Below, piece after piece: positions 63,649-64,000 of a DNA stretch of 64,000 nt. The position numbers and the translations under genes are program-made. Position 1 is the stretch's first letter. The number at the start of each line of letters is the position of its first letter. Source of the DNA: Candidatus Woesearchaeota archaeon (GTDB taxonomy: Archaea > Nanobdellota > Nanobdellia > Woesearchaeales > GW2011-AR4); NCBI GenBank assembly GCA_016181305.1, contig JACOZN010000010.1:1-64000 (forward strand). The letters run 5' to 3'. Under the pieces are notes generated by a model, which saw only the letters and a program-made list of their open reading frames with translations, did no database searches and was not told the origin of the DNA.

Positions 63649-64000
63649 ATGAAAAAAACCAGGATAGCGAGCGTAATCCCGCCTCATGTAACAACGCAGT
63701 CATTTGTAAACCTCTCAAAAGTCTATTCCTACATCTCAAAAAAATACAATGCCGAGATAACGGTGTTTGCTGATGACAAGCTGGATTACAAGCCAAAAAG
63801 CCTGAAAACAAGGAGGGTTTTCGGGATTGACGGCCATTTCGGGCTGTACAAGATTTTGTTTTTTCTTGGCTTGCCCAGGTTTTATTATCCAAGGCTTGTA
63901 GAGGAGCTTGATGGCTTTGATGTCATAGAGTCAAGCACTCCGGAGTTTTACATCTATGCCCTGCAGGCTTACCATGCAGCAAAGAGATATAAATCGAGGC
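63649..64000 (+). CDS. Partial CDS (runs off window), probably a GT4 glycosyltransferase N-terminal domain
   Basis: Open frame from ATG 63649 (MKKTRIASVIPPH...LDGFDVIESSTPEFY...) after TATA TTTAAATA at 63621-63628. Confidence 0.6.
   Translation, partial: MKKTRIASVIPPHVTTQSFVNLSKVYSYISKKYNAEITVFADDKLDYKPKSLKTRRVFGIDGHFGLYKILFFLGLPRFYYPRLVEELDGFDVIESSTPEFYIYALQAYHAAKRYKSR

Noticed and set aside
63599-63892. 98-aa N-terminal extension of the 2-epimerase in the ORF track
   Set aside because: It overlaps a divergent promoter and the plus-strand ORF starting at 63649. Family motifs begin at M 63598.

Overview
The window looks archaeal, most likely a DPANN lineage such as Woesearchaeota. That assignment is an inference from an AglB oligosaccharyltransferase, BRE/TATA promoters, a tRNA with bulge-helix-bulge (BHB) introns and S-layer-like surface proteins. 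Most of the window is one large cell-surface glycosylation region. It holds aglB, a geranylgeranyl reductase, a heptose-nucleotide pathway (gmhA, rfaE1/hldE kinase, gmhB, rfaE2) with two GT9 transferases, seven polyprenol-phosphate-sugar-synthase-like GT2s, about six GT-C-like membrane proteins, nucleotide-sugar enzymes, asnB, an FkbH-like protein and an AAC(3)-like protein. An AT-rich block at 20.8-30.3 kb encodes secreted proteins, including a 1504-aa subtilisin plus alpha/beta-hydrolase fusion. The strongest signals lie outside the ORF track: (1) a tRNA-Trp(CCA) gene at 1230-1405 that reassembles into a normal 74-nt cloverleaf after removal of four BHB introns, one with a box C/D-like guide for C34; (2) ~110-bp four-hairpin elements inserted in frame in aglB (with a 6-bp direct repeat) and in a DUF192 gene; (3) a 1.96-kb IS6-like non-autonomous transposon with terminal inverted repeats, a perfect 8-bp target duplication, a transposase remnant and passenger genes; (4) a 162-bp MITE-like element and a dispersed 69-bp repeat; (5) a ribbon-helix-helix/nucleotidyltransferase fusion with a candidate operator in front of the heptose operon. 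All calls come from reading motifs by eye. No database searches or folding programs were run.
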